Shown: positions 51,651 through 63,690 of the stretch, piece by piece | How the letters are laid out: each line of letters opens with the position of its first letter | Position numbering within the stretch: position 1 is the first letter of the stretch | The notes under the pieces: model-generated | Database searches by the model: none | What the model was told of the DNA's origin: nothing | What the model saw: the letters and a program-made list of their open reading frames with translations, nothing else | Source of the DNA: Diadema antillarum | Lineage: Eukaryota | Assembly: GCF_040938485.1 (NCBI RefSeq) | Contig: NW_027271529.1 | Coordinates: 682,001-746,000, forward strand | Length of the DNA stretch: 64,000 bases | Reading direction: 5' to 3' | Translations under genes and position numbers: made by a program

Positions 51651-52485
51651 ATGTCGCGTTTCTCGTCGCCTGCGGTTCTTGTCCTCTTTCTGGGGCTTGC
51701 AGCCGTTGCCTGCGCCAGAATTGATGTAGGAAAAGCTCTGGGAAGGGTGAGGTTGGCAACCAGCTATCGAGGAATACTCCCGCATGAGAGAAGCAGACCA
51801 GTTCCTGTGGAAATCTCGTCGGGACTGTTCCCTAAAGAACCTGCCGTCCGTGGAAACGGGGTGGAAGACCAGGTCGGCGCCGGTGGTGTGGAAGCGGCGT
51901 CGACGACCACGGCTTCGGGACCCACAGCACAATGTCAGACCGTAGCCCAGTGGGAGGGGCGAGCGAGTGAGTGGGATCACCTTCAGGGGAACAACGACCG
52001 CTTCAACATCAGCTTCGACGGCATCAACCGCCGCAAACACATCAGAGAAGACAAACGCGCTCAGTTGCCTGGAAAGAGGTAGGCCTTTAAATACAGCTTC
52101 CATCTCTTGACTTCGAGTACGCTTTGATAAACAATTGAATCGGGGTTGCTGAATCGGTAGGCCTGATACAGAGAAGCTCATACATCTCTGTCGATTGGGT
52201 GCAAATTCCCAGTGTCACATATCAAACAAACAATGATTGATATAATATCCTACAACTGTAACTGTAGTTGACAAACGGGACGATTTATGTTGCAATCAAT
52301 CAGGTGTTTATTCACAACAGTCGTACCCGTGAAACTGTAAAGAAAATTATATAAGGCACCAAGGGAAACAGTCTATATTGGCAGGAAATGTGAGTTATGA
52401 CATGATGTTCTGATGTTCATAATTAGGTTCTTCGCTCATGTATACGTGAATATGATTATATGAGTATATAATCATGTAGGCCTAA

Positions 52486-52526
<41 letters not shown>

Positions 52527-54428
52527 ATTTATGTTAAACTGCATACGAGGGGAATACACAGGATGTTCTTACAGGGTAATTGGAATCTCATTTTGAGTGA
52601 TTATAACTCTGCTGAAGTTATAATCTCCCTGAAGACACCACAAGAAGCATTTCAGACTCTCTGCATCCCCACCAGTTCTTATCAAGATGCAGAAAGTGGA
52701 TTCCTCTACAGTTTCCATGCTTTCAAAAGACACAACGTGCTGGTATGTGAGAGCTATAAAATTCTACCTTATCCATCCCAACATTGAACAATTCAAAATG
52801 ACTGAAGTTATGTAAACGAATCGTATGCTATTTTGTTTCAGATTTGGACAGACATCAGTATTTGTGTCGGTTTCCCTACTTTTATGTCTAAAAATTTACT
52901 CAGAAGATTAAATCTTCTGACTTTAAGACAACTCTGAAAACAGTTTCGCTTTCCTTGTCACGTGTATAATTTACATAGAAATTCATCCATTCCGTAATAT
53001 CTCTTGAAGTATACGCGCGTCGTTTATTATACGCGTTAAATGGTGGTATGGATCGTAATCAATAATGGTTGGCAGAGAGCAGTCACTTGACAAGTCTTCC
53101 GATTTGCCCGACATGCCCAGCGGGCATAAGTTTTTTACTACTGACCGGTACTAACGACCGCTCGGAGATAGGCTCAAAATAGTCCTTGCTCATTCAATGA
53201 TTTGCCGTAATCTACAAAAGCCATGTCTACCCTACAGGATTGGCTCACGAAGTGTCAAATATGGACGATATGTGGGTTTTTTCGGCCGAAACTATCTCTA
53301 GGATCCACGAGTTGTCTCATTACCCGTTAATTTTCAGGGTAACGATCGTCTCCGCTGGGCTAGCTGCGTGGCCTATTTCACATATTGTATAGTACATTGT
53401 GTGCGGTTCCGCGGTCGAATTATTTCTTACACTAAATTGTCTTATAGCTTCGAATAGAACTGGTGCTGCTGGCCTGGGAATTTCTGTACAGCACAAAGCA
53501 TGGGCATAATATGAAGTTTCAATCTAGTAACAAGGATCCATGTTATTTCTTTGTAAACAAGGATACACATTTCTAGGTCGGAAAATTATCCACCCTATGT
53601 AACATTGGAACAGTTCAAAACATAATTATATTCCGGCCTTGCCTCGTAGTTTCACGCTCGGTTCCAAAGTTACTATCGGGTGGATAATTCTTACTACCGC
53701 CCACTGCAATGTGCATTATTTCTTTATTATCTTCATAGTAACACTTTAGCATATTCTCCATAATTTGCTGGCATGAACAACTGTAGTTATCTAAAAGTGA
53801 TGTCCTTAAGATTACAGAAAGCGAACTTGCTGCAGGATCGATTAAGGTCAGACCGATTTCCCGTGGCATTCAGCGTCCACGAAAGACAAACACGCAAGCT
53901 ATAAAATGTTTTGGTAGAGAGATTACAGATCACCGTGATTTCCTTTTGCTTGAGATGAAGAGGAAAGAAACAGGAAGTCATGTTGCCCTCGACATAGTTA
54001 TCTATTGCTTTGCATTTGTTTTGTTTTTTCGTGTGTTCATTCAAAGGCATAATTTACCATTTGCAAATGAAACAAAAACCCAGCAGCAGTGCTTGAAAAT
54101 TATTGCGAAAATTTTATATGGTAGGATGTTTTGTGATACAACAGACCTACACATATGCATCAAATGTGATATCTTGAACATTTTTAAATCACTGCTCCCA
54201 GGAAGGTAAACCGGACCTTTAACTTTCACCAGTAAGTAGTAGGAGGTGGAAGGTTAAAGAAGGCCATTATCATCTGGATCATCAATTATGACGCTGTTGG
54301 TGTTAGCAATTTTGGAATGAAAACAGCATAGGAAAACATCAACCCTGGGATACTCATAGATTCGCATGTGAATGACGATGGGAAAGATTGCTTGAATCCC
54401 AACCAGGTGTGAAAATATTTTGGCATAT

Positions 54429-54463
<35 letters not shown>

Positions 54464-56415
54464 CACAGGGCGCACGTCTTCTCTGTTTTGCCTGCCAAGG
54501 TTCCTGTGCAGTGGTTGTTGTGTTAAAGCTATACCACCAAGATTAGATAGACGGATGTAGCTTAAGAAATATCGTAAATGTATATTCACAGAAGCAATTT
54601 TTGTCAATATAGAATTGCCAGCCAACAGATACGCTATACTGGCAATGCAGATTGAGTATTCCTGTTCTCAAACATTGACTAATTCCGTTGGTCACCTGTG
54701 TGTCTGTGATATTGTTTTGGAATTCTATATCCTTCCTTACTGAAGTAATGATAAGATATGCTTAAATCTTTAGGCAATTTATTCCCTCTTATGTAATTAT
54801 TGATAAACACTTTCGAATTCCTTTAGCAGTGATTGTTGCTGTGTTCATTACCAATTTCTCTCAAAGATTCTTGAGCTATAAACCTGGCACTTTGCAAACA
54901 TTCTTGAAAGAAACGTGAACTGATGGAGAATATTTTCCACAGTTAACTTTATTTGCCAAAAAAAAAAAAAAACCGTGCCTGATTCGCGGTAGCATGAGAT
55001 TCAGTAGTCACGAACACGAGTCGACATCTGAAACAATTACAAATCTGATATACTCCGTTAAACTGATGTTACTAGAACCGAAAATCTTCAATATCGAATA
55101 ACTATTGTATAGTAAGTCGTATCTGATCTTTTCTCCATCTCCATTACAGGATCTACGAGTACATTCAGCTCTTCGATGACGGTATTCAGTATGTGATCAA
55201 CCGCAATTACAACACTTGTCACGTTGAGCCTCTGGGCACATGGCGCAATCACACGATTCCTCCCAACGCAACGCTGGAAGACCGCTACGAGGTCGGAGCT
55301 CCTGGTAGTGGCTTCATGGTGCAGGAGTGGTCCGACAGGATCCCGGGACGACGCAGTAAGTTTGATTGATTGATTGGTTGACTGGATGAATGATTGATTG
55401 ATAATTGACTGGTTGTTTGATTGATAAATTGATTGGTTGATTGATAGATTGATTTCGTGATTGATTGGTTGATTGGTTGGTTGATTGACAGATTTCCCAA
55501 CATAACCACAGATGTATTTTGGTTTGACCGATTGACTATGTAACGATCAATAAATTGGCAGATTGATACATAGCAGCTAAAATTTGCAGTTGACTGCGAG
55601 ATAGAGAGACTTGCGGGTAATCGACCGATTGTCTGATTGGATAATTACTTGGTTAGTTTGAGGGACTACTTCTATTTCCAATAAATTAGAAGAGTGAAAA
55701 GTTTATACTTGTTGAAAACAAATTCCAATAGAAAAAGAAAGATAAAAACAAGGTGAGGAAAAGAGTTTTAAAACGTTTAGCGTTCAACGCAAGTTTTCTT
55801 TTAATGATATGTCATAAAATTGATATAAAGTCTAAACAAGAAATAATAATGTGCACCATATACAACCCTTATCCCTCTTCAGAGGAGACATGGATTGGTA
55901 CGTTTACTGACGTTGGTTGCTGGCCAGTCACGGAGACTTTCATGGAGCGAGACGATCAGACCCTCGAGATGGTACAGTCAGTCAGCACTCGATTTTTCGA
56001 CCTCTCCCAGGGCATCAAGGACATGTCCATCTTCACACCGCCGAAATTCTGCAACAAGTCGGCATCGTCGTCAGCAACAACGGCAGAACCATCAACGGCG
56101 AGCTCACGACGCGTCCCCGTCAGACAGAGCACCCAGTGGCGCCGTGTGGATGTTCCGCTCGTCGCCCCGCAGCGGTCTGCCGGACCTCTCTACGACGTCC
56201 TGTCGAATCCTTCTCGCGAGCGTGGCCCGATAGATCAAGATCACGGCTCGTTCTTTAACATGCTGCGAGTGACGTGTGAGAGAATTCTAGGCCGTCCAAT
56301 TCACGTCCGAAGAGTCCACCCTTATCTCATCTCACTGATGAGTCAACAGCGCTTTTTCAGCATGTCACCGGATCAGAAGTTTAATTTCTGCTCCGGAAAA
56401 TTCCTGCGAATGTAG
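51651..56415 (+). CDS. EPDR1: Secreted ependymin-related protein (EPDR1/MERP1-like) with N- and C-terminal extensions; 3 exons, 388 aa
   Basis: Exons 51651-52078, 55150-55355, 55883-56415 (phases 2,1; 1167 nt open). Signal peptide MSRFSSPAVLVLFLGLAAVACA. Ependymin motifs C-x5-WEGR, YEYIQLF, TCHV, IPPNATLEDRYEVG, VQEWSDR, ETWIGTFT-x3-CWPV, STRFFD, IFTPPKFC, with four canonical Cys. One-to-one orthology to EPDR1 is not established. Confidence 0.92.
55359..55490. repeat. Degenerate (GATT)n microsatellite directly after the ependymin exon 2 donor
   Basis: Run of gattgattg/gattggtt units. Confidence 0.9.
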
Positions 56416-58539
56416 AAGGCCACGCAGCAATAAATGGCAGATTTTGTTTTTCTTTTTCGCTGATGCCAAGGTGTCTAATACAGGTGTGCAAATGAGCACC
56501 AAAAGTTAATACAATTCGATGTATTTTGCCAATACATTACAAATTGCATGAAAATCAACATGAATTTACATAAAGATGTCTGTGTGCTTGATAACTTGCT
56601 CTGAGATATGTAGTTCTAATTCTACATTTGCTCAATTATTCAAAAAAAAAAAAACAACTCTTACTGTCTTATCAGTCGATGTGCCGTAATGATAAGTAGG
56701 CCTTTATAGAAGATGTAGTGAAGAGACGAACTTTCTTCTTCTCCTCCTTCCGCTTGTTTTACTTACAAACGAATTCTTCATTCAAACATAAACAGTAAAG
56801 GATGGCACAAATTGTATATCAATATTCCCCCAGACTGTCTCAAATAAGAAATAAAACTTCTGTGTTGTCATAATTTCAATAGCATCAGCTCGAAAGAATA
56901 ATGTTGGATCAGAATGTGAACATGTGAAACTCAAAAAATGTGAATCTAAAATGGATAAGACATTAAATTCTAAGCAATATTTGTATATTTAGTTCGAAAA
57001 CTAAACTTAGGTTNNNNNNNNNNNNNNNNNNNNNNNNNNNNNNNNNNNNNNNNNNNNNNNNNNNNNNNNNNNNNNNNNNNNNNNNNNNNNNNNNNNNNNN
57101 NNNNNNNNNNNNNNNNNNNNNNNNNNNNNNNNNNNNNNNNNNTGCTCGGAGTCCTAAGAAAGTATAGATTCACAACAGTAGGTTTACGTCTCTAACGGAG
57201 TTTTTANNNNNNNNNNNNNNNNNNNNNNNNNNNNNNNNNNNNNNNNNNNNNNNNNNNNNNNNNNNNNNNNNNNNNNNNNNNNNNNNNNNNNNNNNNNNNN
57301 NNNNNNNNNNNNNNNNNNNNNNNNNNNNNNNNNNNNNNNNNNNNNNNNNNNNNNNNNNNNNNNNNNNNNNNACAATGGCACTGCCTAATCCCCAAAGTCG
57401 TGGACGTTTGTCCTACTACATACTGTATCAAACTTGAACGGCATACTTTTCCATATGTCAGCTTGTGGAATGTACGATTCAAATAAAGAATCAGTAATGC
57501 TGGCCTCAAAGAAATGTGTGTGTTTGGTGTTGTGATTTCTGTCACTTTCAGATATACCGATCCCAGAACTAGTGAAAGCAGGGGTATCGCTGTGGTTATA
57601 GCTCCAATGATCACGAATGATCGTTTTTTTTTACTCCAATGGCCTATACTATTGGTTTTGTTTGAATGCACCTAATATTTTATTTTTTATTTTTTTTTTG
57701 TTACTGATAGCAATATAATGTTATATTCGTGTTCCAGTGACTATAGAGTAAACTTATACGCGAACAGAATTGAATCCTTAAGTCGGACATATAACAAGAA
57801 TGTTACGGAATATGACAGTTTCATATGCTTCCTATGATATACTTAAAAATAGGTGAGATAGATTGCACAAGGTAGAGGTTGTCATGTGGCTTCATCATCT
57901 TATCTTATTCTCTTCCCTTGCATACAATATTCATCACATTTTTCTTTTCATCCAAAAGAAATTAGATGGAGTATTGAGTTGTAACATTCTTGACTTTTAG
58001 CGGAGCAACGGATTGTTCAGGGGAAATTAGATATGATGAGAAGGTCGGCACCTTTTTGCTCATTATGGCAAATACAGACTCCCGTTATAACGGATCAAAG
58101 TCTTCGGGACAGGCAGCTTTCTTTCGATCTTTTTATCAAAATTTCCTTATAACTGAACAAATAAACAACAACAACATAGGGGGATAATATTGGTGCTTGA
58201 ATTTTTACTTCCTTGTAACCGGAATTTCGTTCTAATCGTGTTCGTTATGACGGAAGTTCATTGGATCTTTTTATATTGTAAGCACAAAACGCACAGCACA
58301 TATTTAAATGTATGCGTGGGATTACATTTATGTCATTAAAGAGCATTATGACAGTAACAGTACATAAATTTACAATGTGAATTTCTTTTATTCACTTTCC
58401 GTTTATCTATGATGTCATGGAGCTTTATACAATCACATGTTGTCATGGAAATCTAAATACACGGCGGATCAGAGCTGTGGAGAATTGAAATGACGTCAGT
58501 GCAAAGTCACTTATCTACATAAGATATGAACATTCTTCA

Positions 58540-59155
58540 GGTGCACGTCACGAGTTCGACACCCACGAAACATACAGCCCACGAGTCACACAGCCGATGA
58601 GTTATACAGCCCAAGAGTTATGTAGCCCACCCATGAGTTTGAAACTAAGCAAACAAGGCCCACGAGACCGATATTAAGCCCCGTGTTTGAGTGTCGAACT
58701 CTGGGCTGTCTTTACCTAGTGTCGAACCCATGGGCTGAATGATTCGTGCATGGCCGGCACCACGTTTTCAAAAGTGTGTGTTTGGGGGGGGGGGGGGGGG
58801 GGGTGGGCATTTCAAACTTCTGCTGCCACTTCTGGAGCTAACAAGCAAAAAAGAAAAAGAAAAAGAAAAGGTCATCAGCGCAAAAACAAGGCCTTACCGC
58901 GATCACACCTCAAGGTTTGTATCTACCTGTATTTCTTTTTAGTGCCACTTACGCACTTCCGGGGTACAAAAAAAGAAGAAGAAAGGTGTGTGTGTGTGTG
59001 GGGGGGGGGGGCGTCCCAAAGTGGTGACACCTTATGTATTCCTTTGTATGGTGCAAAAAAAGTGGCCGCCCAAGCCCCCCTTCCCCCCCCCCCCCTTCCG
59101 ACGGCCCTGTCGTGGGCTGCATGACTCGTGGGTATCGGTCTCGTAGGATGACCCC
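58540..59155. mobile_element. Same family, copy 2, inverted and interrupted by a MITE
   Basis: The reverse complement of its right part aligns with 51050-51200 (cacgagtcatgcagc..cacga.tcat.cagccca..g.tcgacact). Confidence 0.7.
58749..59109. mobile_element. Unclassified MITE with 5-bp target duplication TCGTG
   Basis: TCGTG at 58744-58748 and 59110-59114; termini CATGGCCGGC / GACGGCCCTG; G- and C-tracts inside the ends. Confidence 0.78.
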
Positions 59156-60479
59156 CATTCTTTTAATTCGGGGATCATGAATCAGGAGAGAATGTGCATG
59201 CCTTTGTCGCATCGGCTGTCAATAAAGAGATTTATTGGACAGGTTTCTCCTGCCAACCATAAAGTTTTTCAATCTTCAGTGTAGAAGGGTGTTGATCATT
59301 ATGTGCAAAGCAAACTTTCGAGAAATTGCCCGGATTCTCTGGTAGTCTTATGTTAAATGGATGTTAAAACATGAATATAAAAAACACTGAAGAAAAAAAA
59401 AAACAACAATGGTGTTATCAAATCTTACATAGGGTCTTGTATAACCCATTGACACATCGATCGATCACATAGATAATTGCTTTCTCGAGAAAAGTTTCCA
59501 TGCAGTAAAGGTTCTTTAAAGTATGAGCAATACGGCGGTGGTACAGAGAAGACAGAGACAGAAAAAAATATATCGTAAGAAAGTCTTAATTGGGTGAAAT
59601 AACAAAATCTGCATTTCACATTCTTGGTATAATGACACAAACGATGACAAAGAAGTGAGAAAAACAAACGAATCAGCAAATAAATTCTTAATTGAGCAAC
59701 ATGAGGATCTCAGTGTTAATTGTAAGGAGAAATAAATTACACATTTCTTTTTCTCAGTGCTCACTTTGAGGTTTGCTCAGTGCCTGACACTACTTGATAA
59801 CATTCTTAGGCGGCATTTTGTCTTTTGTTTCTTACATTCTTTTAAATGCTATCATCTATAATGTGCTATATTTTACGCTAATTCATGATTATGACATGCT
59901 TAATGGTGATATCACTGCGTTCTTTAGACAGCGTAATAATTATGTCAAAAAGTGTGATATCAATGGAATGTACTCAAAACATTTATTACATGCCCTGTGG
60001 TATCTGGACTTTGGATTGTGCTCAATTTGCCGATTAGATTTAGAAACACGTCATCTTAAAAGCAAAACAAAACAAAGCAACTTAAATTGTCAGCAGCGTT
60101 TGACAGTGGGGGACACACAGCCACAGCGTCATATCCATTAGGAGAGTTCTCTTAATCCGAGTATTTTCTTTATATAGTTTTCGACAATCTCTGGAAAATG
60201 TCATGTGCTTCTGTGAATTTACAATAGATGAAGAGCCGTACGTTTTCCCTAAATGAGTGAACGCAAATTTATCCTATCAGCAACTTTCACATTATGTTTA
60301 CAGTAAGTAATAAAGTCATTACCAATTTATTGTATCGATGAACAGATGAACTGGGAATTAAAAACAGCAGTTTCACAACGCATCAGATAATTACAATTAT
60401 AAGCTAGAATCTCTACCGCAGACCATCTCACTGGGCTGTTGAATTATAGCTATTAATAGGTCTCTATTAACGAGTGATA

Positions 60480-60844
60480 GGGGAGACCGGGTCTAGTTGT
60501 TACAATTTTCACATTTTTAGGACTGTACAAAAAACGAATAGAGGAATCGGCTTCATTTTTACTTTGAGGATACCTTATTTCCTCCTTTAATTAAAAACAG
60601 TACAAACTGAAGTCCAGATAATATAAACAAGATATTACGCAATCAATAAACACAAAATTTTGTAACAACTTTCCCCGATGTTGGGGTAAGTTGTTACAGC
60701 ACATGGGGTACTTTGTTACACCGTATAGAAAGTCAACTCAAATCGGGTAATGCAGATCTGACGTGTTAGGTAATTCTTAATATTAACCTGTCTGGGTGTG
60801 CATGTTAGCCTATGCTGGGGTGTATGAGTGTGTTGGGTGTGTGT

Positions 60845-60893
<49 letters not shown>

Positions 60894-61366
60894 TGTGTGT
60901 GTGTATAACCATAAATCCAATTGAAAGTGCATTGGGGTAAGTTGTTACACCACTCGATTCTCCAGACGGGTCAAGTTGTTGTAACAACTTGACCCATTGC
61001 AGTGCGTTTTCAAAAACTTTTCACACGTGTGGCCAATAAACAATCAAACATCGTGTGTTGCTACTTTCACCAAAAGACAGCCAAAACACGCTTCTTTCAA
61101 CCACATACTCATCACTTACTGGAGAAGAATGGATTTGGTGTAATAAAGAAAAATCGAATTTTTCAAAATTTTACTCGGAGAGGTAAAAAAGTGTTTTTTG
61201 GACCTACCTTCTACATGTGACGTCCAGGCAACGCCAGATTTCGCATACAGAGATCGTTGGCTATACGTTTTGATTTGATATTACTTGTAACGCCCTCTTT
61301 TGATCATTTATAGAGAAAATGACAGTGTAACAACTTGCCCGTGTAACAACTAGACCCGGTCTCCCC
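60480..61366. mobile_element. 887-bp non-autonomous Tc1/mariner-superfamily element
   Basis: Perfect 25-bp TIR GGGGAGACCGGGTCTAGTTGTTACA, TA duplication, internal GGGTAAGTTGTTACA repeats and a (GT)n tract. Confidence 0.88.
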
Positions 61367-61655
61367 TACACAGCATGTGTGTTTTCTCATAGTTTTTATG
61401 TCAAACTAATATGTGGAACCAACGAGTAGCACCTTCTTCAGTTTGCTGTCTATAATATCTAAAAAGTGATTCCCTATCAAATCAGATAGTGATGTAACAT
61501 AAGAAAACGTTATGATAGGCCTATTTCACGGCTTCATGTGTACAGCACATGGCCCGATCGTCCAGAGCTCACAGTTACACAGCGGACTTGACAACAGACG
61601 TCTTAGCGCTATATGGCACTATACGGATCCGCGTTGTGGGTTGGGGAACACAACT

Positions 61656-61977
61656 TTACTGATCATGCTTGGAGCGCGATGCAGCGCAGACGTTTTGGTA
61701 AATAACCTGCGCATCTTCATTAGGGGGGAAATTGGGTATTTCGTAGAGGCTCCAAGTACTGTCCATATCTCGACTCGATATCATTTTCAGATCAGGAGGA
61801 CCATTGGATATTTCGTAGAGGCCACCAGCACTGTCCACATCTCGACTCGATGTCACTTTCAGATCAGGAGAAAAATTGGATATTTCGTAGAGGCCACCAG
61901 CAGTGTCCACATCTCGACTCGATATCACTTTCAGATTAATCGCACCGTTGTCCGATTCCCTGACTTTCCTCTTATAA
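61656..61977 (-). CDS. Possible terminal exon for a tyrosine-motif cytoplasmic tail with three 24-aa repeats
   Basis: Open frame YKRKVRES...(DLKVxSSRDVDSAGGLYEISN)x3...EDAQVIYQNV...*. The acceptor at 61979-61978 lacks a polypyrimidine tract and no upstream exon was identified. Confidence 0.35.
61731..61938. repeat. 72-bp tandem repeat, about 3 copies
   Basis: ATTGG starts at 61731, 61803 and 61875; no indels. Confidence 0.95.
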
Positions 61978-62317
61978 CTACGGCGACATTTTCGTTTCGT
62001 TTTGTTGTGTTTCCAGAACGAACGATGGCCACGTGAAGTATGTATGTCCCGCCAGATTGTAGCGAGGAAGGAAAAATAACACAAAGAACGAAGGAATAGA
62101 ATACAAGACGATAAGACCATCCTAATCATTATTACTTAAGGGTGCATGTTCACTTAATATACAAACACATATATTGTTATTGAGACCAACAGACTCTCCC
62201 ATGTTAAGACCGTAAGCTCTATCTTTATTTGGACTGAATAAGTCTCTTAATACATACATAATAACTGAAAGAAATTATGGACTTGAGGCGGGCGTAGCTC
62301 TCTTGTTCTCCCTTTTA

Positions 62318-62355
62318 ATCGAGCTTTCGGCCTGTCATCGGGCCTTCATCTGGAT
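62318..62355 (-). ncRNA. Second hammerhead motif, with one core substitution (CAGAUGA)
   Basis: Minus strand reads AUC-CAGAUGA-A-GGCC-cgaugaca-GGCC-GAAA-GC-UC-GAU followed by AUUAAA. Helix I differs from the other copy by a compensatory pair. Confidence 0.62.
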
Positions 62356-62565
62356 AATTTCTTTCACTATGTGCTACCCATAATTAGGCACTGCGTATTA
62401 TGTTTGGGAAGGAACAATCTCTCGCACTATATATATATATATATAATATGAGAGATAGTTCCCTGGGTCCCGAACGTGCGCGGTGCCGCATTGTTGGTTG
62501 CATATAATTGAAAGAAATTGGACTGAGGCGGGACGTTGCTCTCGATCTTAGTCTCCCTTTTATTT

Positions 62566-62603
62566 GTCAAGCTTTCGGCCAGTCATTGGGCCTTCGTCAG
62601 GAC
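62566..62603 (-). ncRNA. Minimal type I hammerhead ribozyme motif with intact core (Penelope/retrozyme-type)
   Basis: Minus strand reads GUC-CUGACGA-A-GGCC-caaugacu-GGCC-GAAA-GC-UU-GAC: helix I GUC/GAC, helix II GGCC/GGCC, palindromic AGCU in place of helix III, then AAUAAA. Confidence 0.75.
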
Positions 62604-63690
62604 CTACCAACAGAACGATTATTATATGAATAACCTGATGTGTCATATAATATATAATGCAATTTCACATATTACTAATCTTCTAAACCATTTCCTTTAT
62701 ATACACAAATCAATCATTCAATTCAATACAAATATCCAATCTNNNNNNNNNNNNNNNNNNNNNNNNNNNNNNNNNNNNNNNNNNNNNNNNNNNNNNNNNN
62801 NNNNNNNNNNNNNNNNNNNNNNNNNNNNNNNNNNNNNNNNNNNNNNNNNNNNNNNNNNNNNNNNNNNNNNNNNNNNNNNNNNNNNNNNNNNNNNNNNNNN
62901 NNNNNNNNNNNNNNNNNNNNNNNNNNNNNNNNNNNNNNNNNNTTAACTTACCATGCACAAGTCATAGCCACAAGATTTCCAATGACAGAAATGGCCAAAC
63001 TGATGCCATAGCAGAGGTGCAACCACATAATATCTCCTGTAAGCCAGAGTAAGACGAGCGCACAATATAAACACTTTAGCATTTAACTGTAAACATTATC
63101 ATAGTATACAAACATTCAATGTTTGTGAGTAAGATGGTTCCGAACATTACATTCGGTGCAAGTTAACCGTTCTATTCAACTCCGCTTCGCGTCAATAGAA
63201 CAGTTAAACTTGCACCGGATGTAAAATTCGAAACGTCGCACGAATGATAAAACATTGAATATTTCTTTTATGCAGCACACAATAATGGTATGTAGGGCAG
63301 GTCTAGACCAAAATAGAGTTAATGGCCATTCTTTAAGAATTACGAAAGCAATTTTCATTAATAATCAGCCAGCAGTAAGACTTCTTGCTCCTCAGTTGAT
63401 TATGACTTTTTTTTTCATCGGATAGGAAATTTCTGGCATGAAATATCAAGCAACCTGCGTGATTTTATTCGGCTGGTTCGTTAACACTGACACAGCTGCA
63501 TCGTTCCCCCTTCACAAAGTGATACTGCCACAGATTCGCACACCTGTACTTTCACTTCCTTGCACAATAACATTTTCTCATGCCTATATATACCATTTAC
63601 ATGCACCATCATGAGCACAGTGCCAACGTTTAGTGTGAATGATACCAGTTCTCACAATCGCATTTCATCATTCACACAATTCCAAGACAG

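Noticed and set aside
51615-52181. 188-aa minus ORF opposite ependymin exon 1
   Set aside because: Antisense shadow of a GC-rich exon.
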